64,000 nt of DNA, from NCBI GenBank assembly GCA_963777955.1, contig CAVZSQ010000019.1, positions 32,001-96,000 of the forward strand. Direction: 5' to 3'. Origin of the DNA: Calditrichia bacterium. Lineage in GTDB: Bacteria > Calditrichota > Calditrichia > JAJRVZ01. The stretch's first letter is position 1; every line of letters begins with the position of its first letter. Under the pieces are notes generated by a model. It made no database searches, was not told where the DNA came from, and saw only the letters and a list, made by a program, of their open reading frames with translations. This document shows positions 47,603 through 58,468 of the stretch, in pieces. Both the position numbers and the translations under genes were made by a program.

Positions 47603-49981
47603 ATGTGTAAACGAATCATTTTCCTGATATACCTGCTGTTTTTGTCTGCCGGCTGTGTACGGCCAGTCGGAGTTGATTTTTGATGACACTCAACTGGCCA
47701 CCATACAGATCTTCATCGATCCGGATTCACTGGCTCTTATTTATGCACCGGGCAATGAAGAAAATGACCATGAATACCCGGCCCGTTTTATCTTCCGGAA
47801 TGCTGCCGTGCATGATTCGGTTGAAAATATCGGTTTCCGCCTGAGAGGAAATACATCACGCTATGCAGCCAAGAAATCATTTAAAGTTTCGTTTAATACT
47901 TTTGAGCGCGGACGTAAATTTTACCGACTGGAAAAACTGAATCTGAACGGAGAACATAACGATCCCTCCGTGATCCGCGCTAAATTGTGCTGGGATCTGT
48001 TTAAAACCATGCAAGTTCCCTCGTCCCGCGCCTTCCACACCAGGTTTATATTAACGGCGATTATTATGGTCTGTATATTGCAGTCGAACATGTCGATGAA
48101 AACTTCGTCAGGGAAAATTTCGCAGATGACAGCGGGAATCTCTATAAATGCCTGTGGCCGGCGGACCTGACCTATCTTGGCACCACACCGAATGTTTACA
48201 AATTGATGAACGGCAACAGGCGCGTATATGACCTGATTACCAATGAGGCAAGCGGACGATTATACCGATCTGGAGAGCCCTGATCTATCTCCTGCAATTC
48301 AGTTCAACCGAGGATTTTCCGGAATTGATTCAGCAATATTTCAATGTCGATCTGTTCCTGCGCGCCCTGGCAGTTGATGTCGCTGTCAGCAGCTGGGACA
48401 ACTACTGGTTCTTAAAAAATAATTACTATCTGTATCACAATCCCGCCAGCGGCCAGTTTGAATTCATACCGTATGACTACGATAATACCTTCGGCATCTG
48501 GTGGGACGGAATTCTAGCGGGAGTTGACTGGGGAAACAGGTATATTTACAGCTGGGGACATCCCACCGAAGACCGGCCATTAGTGGAAAGAATCATGGCG
48601 GTAGCCTGATTTTAAAAACCGCTTCAGTTATTACCTGAAACACCTGCTGGACCATGGTTTTAATCCCGATACACTTTTTCCCAGGATAGATGCCATTCAT
48701 GATATGATATTATCGGCTGCCCATGACGATCCGTACCGGCCGCTGGACTATGGTTTTACCGTAGATGATTTTCACAAATCCTATGATCAGGCCCTGGGCG
48801 CCCATGTCACCTATGGTTTAAAGCCGTACGTAACAACCAGAAGAAATTCCGCTCTGTCGCAATTGATACTTAAGAATATGGCTCCCGTCCTATCAGACCT
48901 GGAACATTTTCCCATGACACCGCAGACCAGTGATCCTATTTCGTTTAAAGTAACTATTCTGGATGACCATTACGTCCAGGCTGTACAACTATTCTGTTAT
49001 ATCGATAATTCCTGGCAACTCATCGATCTGCTTGATGATGGAATCCATGACGATGGACAGGCCGGAGATAATATTTACGGCAACATTTTACCGGCATTGA
49101 ATCAATCTACAAGTATTTCCTATTATATATCTGCCCGGGATGACTCAAATGCGGTCTCAACCTTACCGGCCGGTGCTCCGCAAAATGTCAACGAAATCAA
49201 AATCGGTTATGCGCAGGTAGCACTTTATATAAATGAATTCCTGACCAGTAATATTACAGATAGTGTCGATGAATCCGGCGATCATGAAGACTGGATCGAA
49301 ATTTATAACGGCGGTTCAGGCAATATTTCCCTGAACGGTTTGTACCTGAGCGACAACTTCAATAATCCTGCCAAATGGGCTTTGCCTGATACAGTTCTTT
49401 TACCGGGAGAATTTTTATTAGTCTGGGCCGATGAAGAAGGGAGCGAAGGAAGTCTACACGCCAATTTCAAACTGGACAAAGACGGGGAAAGGATTGGTAT
49501 ATTCAACAGCGACTTCGCCGGCCGGGCGCCGATAGATACCCTTTCTTTCAATCTGCAAACCGCGGATGTGTCCTACGGCCGTTCTACCGATGGCAGCGTC
49601 CCCTGGGAATTTTTCAATAATACCACTCCCGGTCAATCAAACACCACAACCGGGATTAACCCTGCTGTGCAGAATTTAGTTAATCATTATTTTGTGCTGC
49701 AGCAAAATTATCCCAATCCGTTCAATCCTTCCACCACGATTCGCATTGAGATATTTGTGCCAGGGAGCCTGCGGATAAATATCTGCGATCTTAACGGAAA
49801 AACCGTCAAACAATTGCAACAATTCTATGGTTCACCGGGATATTACGAATGGATCTGGGATGGTCATAATAATGAAGGTAAACAGGTCGCTTCGGGTTTG
49901 TATTTTTTAAACGCGGTGCTGCGAGCAGGTAATCAAACGATCAGCACCTGCCCAGTTATGAAGATCGTACTATTAAGGTAA
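47603..49981 (+). CDS. CotH kinase family protein with lamin-tail domain and FlgD-Ig/T9SS-type C-terminal domain; about 5 indels split it into several ORFs
   Basis: 'GFRLRGNTSR..KKSFKVSF', 'KLNLN...DPS', shifted-frame 'YINGDYYGLYIAVEHVDE', 'WDNY..KNNYYLY', 'PYDYDNTFG', LTD 'YINEF..DWIEIYN', 'QNYPNPFNP'. Confidence 0.88.
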
Positions 49982-50127
49982 CTTTTGTTACAAATCGAAG
50001 TACTTCAATCCCTTTAATTTACTTTATAAGAACAGACTTTCAGATAAGTAGAATATTTTTCCTACCTTTTGTTTTGCTTTTGAAGTGTAAAGATTTAAAT
50101 TTCGATCCTGTAACATGGAATCAAAAG

Positions 50128-50601
50128 ATGAATAATAAAATCCGAGTCGTCCCTTCCTGGGATCAATACTTTATCGGCCTGGTGGACGAGATCGCCAAGC
50201 GGGCTACCTGTGACCGCGGCCAGAGCGGCTGCATCATCGTCAAGGATAAACGTATTTTATGCAGCGGGTATGTCGGTTCTCTGCCCGGTTTTCCCCACTG
50301 TGACGAAACCGGGCACCTGCTGAAAAAAGTTATCGATGATGACGGTACAGTCCGGCAGCACTGCATGCGTACCATCCACGCCGAACAGAATGCCATCTGC
50401 CAGGCTGCCCGTTATGGTATTTCGCTGGAAGGAACCACCCTCTATTGTTCGATGGAACCATGCCGGGTTTGTACCATGCTGATCATCAGTTGCGGTATAA
50501 AAAAAGTTGTGGCCAAAAAGAAATACCATGCCGGACAGGAAAGCCGCGAATTATTACAACAGGCCGGGATTGAATTGGTGGTGTTATTGGACGAAACGTG
50601 A
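50128..50601 (+). CDS. dCMP deaminase / ComEB-like zinc-dependent deaminase
   Basis: 'PSWDQYF', 'RATCDR', 'HAEQNA', 'PCRVC'. Confidence 0.9.
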   Translation: MNNKIRVVPSWDQYFIGLVDEIAKRATCDRGQSGCIIVKDKRILCSGYVGSLPGFPHCDETGHLLKKVIDDDGTVRQHCMRTIHAEQNAICQAARYGISLEGTTLYCSMEPCRVCTMLIISCGIKKVVAKKKYHAGQESRELLQQAGIELVVLLDET

Positions 50602-50635
50602 AAATTACGATAATCAATCATAAACCGGGACATAT

Positions 50636-51199
50636 ATGCAAAAATTTTCGTTTACCCCGTTAACACCGCAAACCTGGGACGATTTCGAAGACCTGTTCGG
50701 CAAGCGCGGAGCCTGCGGCGGTTGCTGGTGTATGTACTGGCGCTTAAAGCGGTCCGACTTTAATCAAAAAAAAGGCAGCGGCACCCGGAAACTGATGCAC
50801 AATCTGGTTAACAAAGGACATAGTCCCGGTATTATCGCTTACCAGGGGAAAATAGCGGTGGGCTGGTGTGCCGTGGCACCACGGGCAGAATACCTTGTCC
50901 TGGGAAACTCCAAAATTCTCAGCCCCGTTGATACGAAACCGGTCTGGTCTATCGTCTGTTTTTTTATACGCAAAGAATACCGGAACCAGGGGGTCAGTAT
51001 TGCTCTGCTCAATGCTGCCGTGAATTTTGCCCGGAAGCAAGGCGGAAAAATTGTGGAAGGTTATCCGGTTGAGCCCAAAAATAATACCATGCCGGCAGTA
51101 TTTGCTTATACCGGTCTGGCTTCCGCTTTCCGCCAGGCCGGTTTCACTGAAGTCGCACGCCGTTCCGAAACCAGGCCGATCATGCGCTATACTATATAG
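50636..51199 (+). CDS. GNAT family N-acetyltransferase
   Basis: 'CGGCWCMYWR', 'GWCAVAPR', 'CFFIRKEYRNQG', 'EGYP'. Confidence 0.88.
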   Translation: MQKFSFTPLTPQTWDDFEDLFGKRGACGGCWCMYWRLKRSDFNQKKGSGTRKLMHNLVNKGHSPGIIAYQGKIAVGWCAVAPRAEYLVLGNSKILSPVDTKPVWSIVCFFIRKEYRNQGVSIALLNAAVNFARKQGGKIVEGYPVEPKNNTMPAVFAYTGLASAFRQAGFTEVARRSETRPIMRYTI

Positions 51200-51277
51200 A
51201 ATATATTTTTTGAAATAGAATTTTATTTAGTAAATTGCTTTAATTGTTATATAATAAAATTTAACCCGACGCATTCC

Positions 51278-51404
51278 GACATGGGGAAGTCCGTGAGAAT
51301 CGGACACAGTCGCGCTACGGTATTGAGCAGCCGTTGAGGTGAGCTCTAAGTCCGAGTACCATGATAATCGTCACTCTGTTTTTGTCGCGTCAACGAAGGG
51401 AGTG
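51278..51404 (+). ncRNA. Cobalamin riboswitch (compact class II-like) with RBS-sequestering hairpin
   Basis: GGGAAG-tccGTGAGAATCgga-CACAGTCGCGCTACGGT...AAGTCCGAGTACC (B12-box-like); CATGG/CCATG closing stem; CACTC...GAGTG hairpin over the RBS; precedes a TonB receptor. Confidence 0.82.
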
Positions 51405-51408
51405 TATT

Positions 51409-53596
51409 ATGACAAAGAATTTTTGCTCGCCTAAAAACTTCATCCTGATCCCGATCTTCATACTGACCAGTCTTACTGCTCTTGCAGCACAGGAAAAAGG
51501 CAGTATATCCGGTACAATACATGATCAAAAGAGCGGTAAACCTGTAGAAAATGTATCCATTTACCTGCAGCCTGTTTCGTATGGCGTTGAGACCGGTATG
51601 GATGGACGTTACAATCTCTCCGGTATTCCGGCCGGAACTTACCGGATTGTGATCAGCCGCATTGGCTACCAGTCCATCACCGGCCAGATGATCACTATCC
51701 ATGACGGTGATACAATTGAACTCAACTTTGATTTACAGCCAAAAATATTATCAGACATCGGGGGAATAGTCATTACCGCCACCCGCAGTCCATCCTTAAG
51801 CAACACCATTCCGGCATCAGTGGATCTGCTGGACCGGGTGAAACTCGAGCATCAAAATCCACAGAATCTGGCTGAAGTGCTGAATAATATTCCCGGACTT
51901 GCAAATTAAAGATTACGGAGGACTGGGCGGTATTAAATCCGTCTCCCTGCGTGGATCTAATGCCGAACAGGTCCTGGTCCTTCTGGATGGGCAACGGCTT
52001 AACAATCCCCAGAACGGCCAGGTCGATTTCAGCACACTATCTGCTGCCGGTCTGGACCGGATTGAGATAGTCCATGGCGGTAATTCCGCTTTGTACGGTG
52101 CCGATGCCGTCGGTGGTGTGATCAATCTGATTACACGCCAAGACAGTGAAAAACCCGGAATGAGTGGATCATTCAGTACTATGCTGGGTTCGTTTAATTC
52201 CCGGTCGAATGAAGGTTTACTGCAATATCAACGCAATAAATTTTATGCAGCGCTTACCTATCATGATTTACACAGTAGCGGTGATTATAGTTATGCGGAT
52301 CTGAGCGGGCAGCAGCAAAAGCGGGATAATAATGATCTATTTTCACAGGATCTGTTTGCCCGCATTAAATTCGATTTCGGGAACCTGTGGTACCAGCAAA
52401 AATTAAACCTCTCCTATAAATTTTACTATACAGAACGAGGCAGTCCCGGTCCACTCTCATTTCCCAGCCAGACCTCCAGATTGTATAATCGGACCGATCA
52501 GATCAATGCCCTGTATTCCCGCAAAATTTTCAATCCATTGACCGAATTGCAATTACAGGGGTATGCCCACTTTGGCTGGAACCGTTACAGCAGCGATGAT
52601 TACTCGCTGCCTGACGAGAATAGATCCCATAACGGCAGCTATGGTCTGGAAGCGCAAATAAAAACTATTCCATCTGCTGCCCAGCAGAGGATATTCGGCC
52701 TGGGCACACGATACGACTGGCTGACCGGCAGTGATTTTTTGACAGATCACCGGCGGATTTTATACTATCTTTTTATTCAGGATGAGATAGAATACAGTTT
52801 TAAGCGGCCGTCAGCAATTAAATCTGTACTGATAATACCGGCATTACGATTCGATTCTTACTCGGACTTCGGATCGCATTTCTCTCCTAAAATCGGCACT
52901 GTTTTTAATTTCGGAACAACCTGGAATATTGCTATCAAAGGAAACGCCGGATTTATATACCGTGCTCCGATTTTTAACGAACTATACTGGCCGGAAGACG
53001 ACTGGTCAAAAGGTAATCCGGAACTTAAACCGGAAAGTGGTTATGATTGGGATATGGGCTTACGGTTACGTCCATCATTACCGGTAGAATCGGTTTTGGA
53101 TATAACCTATTTTCAGATCCGCATGAATGACCTGATCGCCTGGCAATTCCAGGATCAAAAGTATGCGCCGCAGAATATCGACCGGACCCTTTCCAGAGGC
53201 ATTGAACTTAACACCGAATTGCAGCCGGTCAAAGATGTCATTGCTGTCAATTATAATTATACCTACCTGTCGGCAATAAACATGAAAACAGACAAAACAC
53301 TGAATTACCGTCCCCGTCATACCGGTAATGTATCACTGCTCTTTTCCTGGGGCGGCGCTAAATTAGAATTACAATCTCAATCGGTAAGTCACAGGTATAC
53401 GGATGCGGCAAATACTCAAAAATTAGATCCCTATACTATATATAATATTATTTTTTCGGCGCATCGTATTATGGGACCTGTTGAGCCTAAGTTATCCCTG
53501 CAGATTAATAATCTTCAAGACAGGCAATACCAGATTATTCAGGATTACCCTCTGCCCGGGCGGGAAGTGCGGGTGAATTTGGGAGTGGCGTTTTAA
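51409..53596 (+). CDS. TonB-dependent receptor, probable cobalamin transporter (BtuB-like), with N-terminal carboxypeptidase-regulatory-like domain; +1 indel near 51898
   Basis: 'IVITATR', plug 'SLRGSNAEQVLVLLDG', 'RIEIVHG..SALYGADAVGGVINLIT', 'GNPELKPE', C-terminal 'PGRE...GVAF'; riboswitch upstream. Confidence 0.88.
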
Positions 53597-53615
53597 AGTG
53601 GTTGAGCATACACTA

Positions 53616-54673
53616 TCAGCGGATTTCTCTCCTTCTTAATTCTTTTACAGCACTGATCATAGCCAGATATGTATCCGGTGGTACGTAGTCGGGAATCGAA
53701 TTTCCGGAACCCAGTCCGAATCCTTTTGATTTCAACCGGTATTCCCTGCCCTTTTCCAGAACTAGTTTATAAACCGTATCGGTATCATACAGGCACAGGT
53801 CATTCATATCGATTCCGCCAAAAAGTCCGATACAGCCGTTATACAATTCAATCCATTTATCGAACGGGGCAATGATGTCTTCATTAGAATGTTTTGCGTC
53901 GATGCCCAGAGCGATCAGATCATCCATCACGCTGAAGATATTGCCACAACTGTGCAGCAGGAATTTCTTGCCGGCTTTATGGACCAGGTCAATGATGCGC
54001 TTGTATTGGGGGAATACATGCCGACGGTAAGTTGCCGGCGACAGCAGTGTGGATACTTTGTAACCCAGATCGTCACCCATGCGGAAGAAAACGAATATAT
54101 CCTGATAACGTTCAATTACCCACTCCACAACTCTTCATAAAGGTCGCCGATACGCCGATACAGATCGGTAAATAATTGCGGATCTTCAAATTGCATGAGG
54201 CACAGGGATTCAAAACCGACCAGATCTTCGCTGGCTTCAAAGATTCCATAACCGCAGCCACCATAAGCTTTCATACCCGCCGGTAAAGCAGTGCGGATGG
54301 CCTCAAAATGGGGAGCATGTGTCTGGCGGAATATTGCCGGGATATCTTTGAACGGATATTTCTCAAAATCTTCGCGTGATTGTATTGGCCCTTTGCCGCC
54401 CCTGATCGCACCATGTCCCGGAAAACAATCGCAGACCGAAGCTTCATAGGCAAAAGCATCATAGGTCATGCTGCGCCAGAAATTGATAATTTTAGCATAA
54501 TAATCGCGGTAATCTGCTTCAGTCGTTCCGCTGAGGTCAAAAGATTGGTTGGTAATTTTAGACATCACCTGCGGATCGATACTATGTTCATATAAAGGCA
54601 GTCGCGGAGGTTTATTATTGTACAAAACCTTTAGGATGTTAGAATAATCGGGAATGAATTCAGAATTTATCAT
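53616..54673 (-). CDS. Uroporphyrinogen decarboxylase / MtaA-CmuA methyltransferase-like family protein; 1-nt deletion near 54125
   Basis: 'GIFE', 'MGDDLG', 'LHSCGN', 'GLFGGID', 'LGSGNSIPDYVP' across two overlapping ORFs. Confidence 0.8.
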
Positions 54674-55100
54674 TATAAAGTTACCGATAAAAAAATAGTA
54701 CAGTATGGCCTGCTGTTCTATAAATACTAAAATCAAAAAAATATTTGTACCTTTTATCTAATTGCATTATTTTCTGACTGTGCATGACGAATTCTTGTTA
54801 TTTGCACGACAGACGATCAATTAATATCTTGTGGTCATTTTTTTAGTTAAAATATATATCTCTGTACAATAATTATTGGTGTTACTGTTTTGATCAATAA
54901 TCTGCGGAATAGTAGTAAAGATCTATTCCCGGGTAAGAGTGAATATAATTTTACATATTTGTGCAAACCCTGAATACTATGCATAATAAATATAATAAAA
55001 TTTAAGTATAAAATATTTTTTAAAATATCATTACAGTATAATAGCCGACCACTCTTGAAATTTTATTTTTGTGAATCTTAACCGTATGGAGGAACGGAAA

Positions 55101-55487
55101 ATGTATCGAAACAGTTACAGTATTAAAGCAATCTCGCTTTTATTAATCATTATTCTGGTATCGATGCCAATGGTGCTGATTGCTCAGGATCAGGCTGAAA
55201 CTTTTAGCCAGGGTAAAATGGATGGTGAACGTGACACCAGAGGTAATGCGGTCTGGATTCTGGCTGGTATCGGATGTGGTATATTCGGTGTAGGTGCAGC
55301 CTACTTTATTAAACCCAGCGTTCCGGCTCAGGTACTGGTAGGGAAGTCTTCGGATTATGTACTGGGCTATACCGAAGGCTATCAGAATAAAGCGCGCAAT
55401 AAAAATGCGGGATATGCATGCGCCGGCTGGGCACTCTTCGTGGCTGTTTATCTCGCCGCCGGTGGATTTAATACCAGTTCCAACTAA
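55101..55487 (+). CDS. Small secreted/membrane protein with Gly-rich hydrophobic segments
   Basis: GGAGG RBS; signal peptide; two further hydrophobic segments. Confidence 0.75.
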   Translation: MYRNSYSIKAISLLLIIILVSMPMVLIAQDQAETFSQGKMDGERDTRGNAVWILAGIGCGIFGVGAAYFIKPSVPAQVLVGKSSDYVLGYTEGYQNKARNKNAGYACAGWALFVAVYLAAGGFNTSSN

Positions 55488-55650
55488 CTCGAATGAGCCG
55501 AGGTACATTATTAAGAGAGCATAAGCGCATTGAATATTGGACTGTTTTGCGGGAGGTGTTGCTTACTTACTTTATTCTATTACGGCAGATTCAACTTCAC
55601 CGCTAAAATTATGATAATTGGTGCAGTTTAAAGCAGGATGAGAAAATAAA

Positions 55651-56349
55651 ATGAGAGTTTCCACTTTGTGTAAAAACTTTTTACGCTGGTTTTATATGAT
55701 AAATCTGATTAATTCGATTATCGTTTTGCCCTGCTGTACGGCTCAGGTGAAACAATCTGGTAGTAACCTATCCTCTCACTCGCCAATATATTTTGGAGCT
55801 AAAATTGGTACGGCAATTGCGGACGGCGATATTCAAAATACCTGGAAAACTGTATTCGGTGGTTCGGCCCTGGCTGGTTACCAATTGAGTCTAAAACTGG
55901 CCTTTGAAGGTGAATTTAATATATACCCGCTTCTACCGAAATCGGATAATAATAAAATTATTGATCCAGGGTCAGGCGCTGAAATAGAACTGTATGAATT
56001 CGGCAGTTACTTCGGTCTGTTGATGTCATTAAAATATTCACTTTATCCTGTCGCGGTTCACGATATCTCTCCTTTTATTTCCGGCGGTGCAGGTTTTGAA
56101 TTTATCAGATGGGATCTCACCGACGAAGTCAGAGGCATGACCGATATGGCCAGTAGTGACGGAATTTACGCCACGGCATTTACCGCATCGATAGGTGCAG
56201 ATATCCAGGTGCAGGAGAACCTCTTCACTTTTGTAAATTTTCGTTACGTTTATCATCTCTGGTCGGATGAGTTGATTGAATCAAAGCATAAAATCAATTT
56301 CAATGGCAATGTATTTATTTTAACCTTTGGCGGAGCATTTTATTTATAA
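55651..56349 (+). CDS. Outer-membrane beta-barrel domain protein (OmpA/OmpW-like 8-strand)
   Basis: 'YFGAKIG', 'SPFISGGAG', 'FVNFRY', terminal 'FGGAFYL'. Confidence 0.7.
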   Translation: MRVSTLCKNFLRWFYMINLINSIIVLPCCTAQVKQSGSNLSSHSPIYFGAKIGTAIADGDIQNTWKTVFGGSALAGYQLSLKLAFEGEFNIYPLLPKSDNNKIIDPGSGAEIELYEFGSYFGLLMSLKYSLYPVAVHDISPFISGGAGFEFIRWDLTDEVRGMTDMASSDGIYATAFTASIGADIQVQENLFTFVNFRYVYHLWSDELIESKHKINFNGNVFILTFGGAFYL

Positions 56350-56381
56350 GCGTCAGCAATCTGATTTTTAGCAGTCAATTT

Positions 56382-57077
56382 ATGCGCCTAGCCATACTTA
56401 TTACAATAATAGCCCTATCATTTTCTAACGTTCAGAGCCAGGTCTATAAAACACTCGAAGTGGAATTTACCCGAATTTTCAAGGATAATAAATCAGAGAA
56501 TGTCGTCAAGGGCTATCTTTATTATGATGGATTTAAATACATTTCGATTACCACAGAGCCACTCAAACAATGGATGATATTCAATAATAATGAACTTCTG
56601 ATTTATTATCCTGATGAAAAAAAGGCAATAAATATCAAAAGTGAATATCCGGTCAACTTACCCTTTTTTCAGACGTTTATCGGTTTAAATGATGATAACT
56701 TCGGATTGGCCAAACTGGGTTACACCATCAGCAAGAATGAAATGCAAGGAGATAGTTTATTCGTGCACTGGCAACCGCCGCAAAATGCTCAAAAAGTTCT
56801 GGGCGAGTTTATTTTGATCTTAAAAAGTAACCGCATCGTACGTATTGATTCAAAATCCCCCCGGGGAAATCTTATAGGTCAAACCTGTTACGGAAATTAT
56901 CTGAAGCATGGTAAGCGGTCTTTTCCCTTGGAAATCAAATCAATCCTTTATGCAGATGACAACATTACCACCGAATCAATTATCTATAATAATCCGGTTT
57001 TCGATGTTGTACTGCCTGCGGAGATTTCACAGTTCACTCTACCTGCCGGCACCGCTGTAAAGGAAGTGGAATGGTAA
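56382..57077 (+). CDS. Secreted LolA-like (lipoprotein carrier/sorting fold) protein
   Basis: Signal peptide; 'VEFTR...KGYLYY...EPLKQWMIF...LLIYYPDEK', end 'YNNPVFD..LP...FTLPAGT.V'. Confidence 0.6.
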   Translation: MRLAILITIIALSFSNVQSQVYKTLEVEFTRIFKDNKSENVVKGYLYYDGFKYISITTEPLKQWMIFNNNELLIYYPDEKKAINIKSEYPVNLPFFQTFIGLNDDNFGLAKLGYTISKNEMQGDSLFVHWQPPQNAQKVLGEFILILKSNRIVRIDSKSPRGNLIGQTCYGNYLKHGKRSFPLEIKSILYADDNITTESIIYNNPVFDVVLPAEISQFTLPAGTAVKEVEW

Positions 57078-57526
57078 TTGGTTCGTTTTATAAAAAATAT
57101 TCGCTAGCCGCCATTTTCGTTTTTGTACTGTGCTCGAACTCTTTTGCCCAGAACAAGGAAGATCTTCATTTCATTATAACTCATAATTTACTGACCAGGT
57201 CTGCTGTGCAAGAATCCCATTCTCAGGCGACAATGCAGACATCCGAAATAAAAATATTCTGCCTGGGGATGATTCGCATATATCAACTTTTTGTTTCATC
57301 GCAACAGAACAATCAATCCATCTGCACTTTTATACCAAGTTGCTCCCATTTCGGTTATCAAGCGATCAGTGAATATGGCACCTTCTGGGGTATTCTGATG
57401 ACTGCTGACCGGCTGCAGCGATGTCATGGCTTCCCGGTAAAGTATTATACTTTAAATCCGCTGACGGGAAAATTCCAAGATCCCATTTATCCTTACCATA
57501 TAAACAGGTCTTCAAGTTGCGAGTGA
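57071..57526 (+). CDS. YidD-like (haemolytic domain) protein with N-terminal signal peptide
   Basis: 'IRIYQ.FVS....CTFIPSCS.F...AI..YG...G......RLQRCH'. Confidence 0.8.
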   Translation: MVIGSFYKKYSLAAIFVFVLCSNSFAQNKEDLHFIITHNLLTRSAVQESHSQATMQTSEIKIFCLGMIRIYQLFVSSQQNNQSICTFIPSCSHFGYQAISEYGTFWGILMTADRLQRCHGFPVKYYTLNPLTGKFQDPIYPYHINRSSSCE

Positions 57527-58407
57527 ATCTAAAATTTTCCAAGGCCATTATTCTGTCAATATTACTTGGTAATATATTTTCACTTTATGCCCAGGAAAAC
57601 TACTATACGGCACAGAATATTTACCGCTTTGCTGAATATTTATATGCCGAGGGTGATTACTTGCGTGCTGCCGGCGAATATCAACGCTATATGTTTTTCT
57701 CGGATATACCAGCAAAGGATAGTATTCTGTTCAAAATCGGTTTGTGTTATGAATTATCGAATGAGCCCGGGATAGCCAGAACCCATTTTCAAAATTTAAT
57801 CTCTACATGTGCTGGCAGTGCACTTTCGGATTCCACCTATTATCACATTGCCCTTACCTATTTTCAGTCACGCGAGTATGACCAGTCTATTGACTACATC
57901 ACCCGACACATGTCATTTATTTCATCTTTACCCGGTCGTCAGCACATGGGATTTTTAACCGGAATTAATTATCTTTATAAAAAAAAGTGGCAAAGCGCTT
58001 ACGATTACTTTTCCGTGATGCCGGCCGATTCAGTCTGCTATCTTGATACTAGCCTGTTATCACTATTGCGGGAATACTCCAAACAGGGCATCCAACTTTC
58101 CAGAAAAAGCAGAACTGCTGCAGGACTATTTTCAGCGATTATTCCCGGAACCGGGAAAATATACAGTAGGCATTTATATGACGGACTTTATTCCTTCTGT
58201 CTAATCGGTTTAGTCACCTGGCAGGCTTATGCTGGATTTCACAAGGATGGAACTCAGTCGGTGAAAGGTTGGTTTTATGGCACGGTTGGAACCATCTTTT
58301 ATCTGGGGAACATATATGGATCAATTGTTTCAGTTAAATTGTACAATGATACACTGGAAAACGATTTAATAAATCGTATTGATTTAAATTTGATTTGGAG
58401 ATATTGA
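57523..58407 (+). CDS. Secreted TPR protein with C-terminal TM2/DUF5683-like segment
   Basis: GTG start overlapping upstream TGA; TPR units; 'KSRTAAGLFSAIIPGTGKIY'. Confidence 0.75.
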   Translation: MNLKFSKAIILSILLGNIFSLYAQENYYTAQNIYRFAEYLYAEGDYLRAAGEYQRYMFFSDIPAKDSILFKIGLCYELSNEPGIARTHFQNLISTCAGSALSDSTYYHIALTYFQSREYDQSIDYITRHMSFISSLPGRQHMGFLTGINYLYKKKWQSAYDYFSVMPADSVCYLDTSLLSLLREYSKQGIQLSRKSRTAAGLFSAIIPGTGKIYSRHLYDGLYSFCLIGLVTWQAYAGFHKDGTQSVKGWFYGTVGTIFYLGNIYGSIVSVKLYNDTLENDLINRIDLNLIWRY

Positions 58408-58468
58408 TACTCACCGTATCCGGATTTCCTGACCAACAACTACTTTATATTAAATAAAACTGAAATCC

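Noticed and set aside
54971..54984. ARG box (TGAATACTATGCAT)
   Set aside because: Spacer is one base shorter than consensus, the context is AT-rich and the adjacent genes are unrelated to arginine
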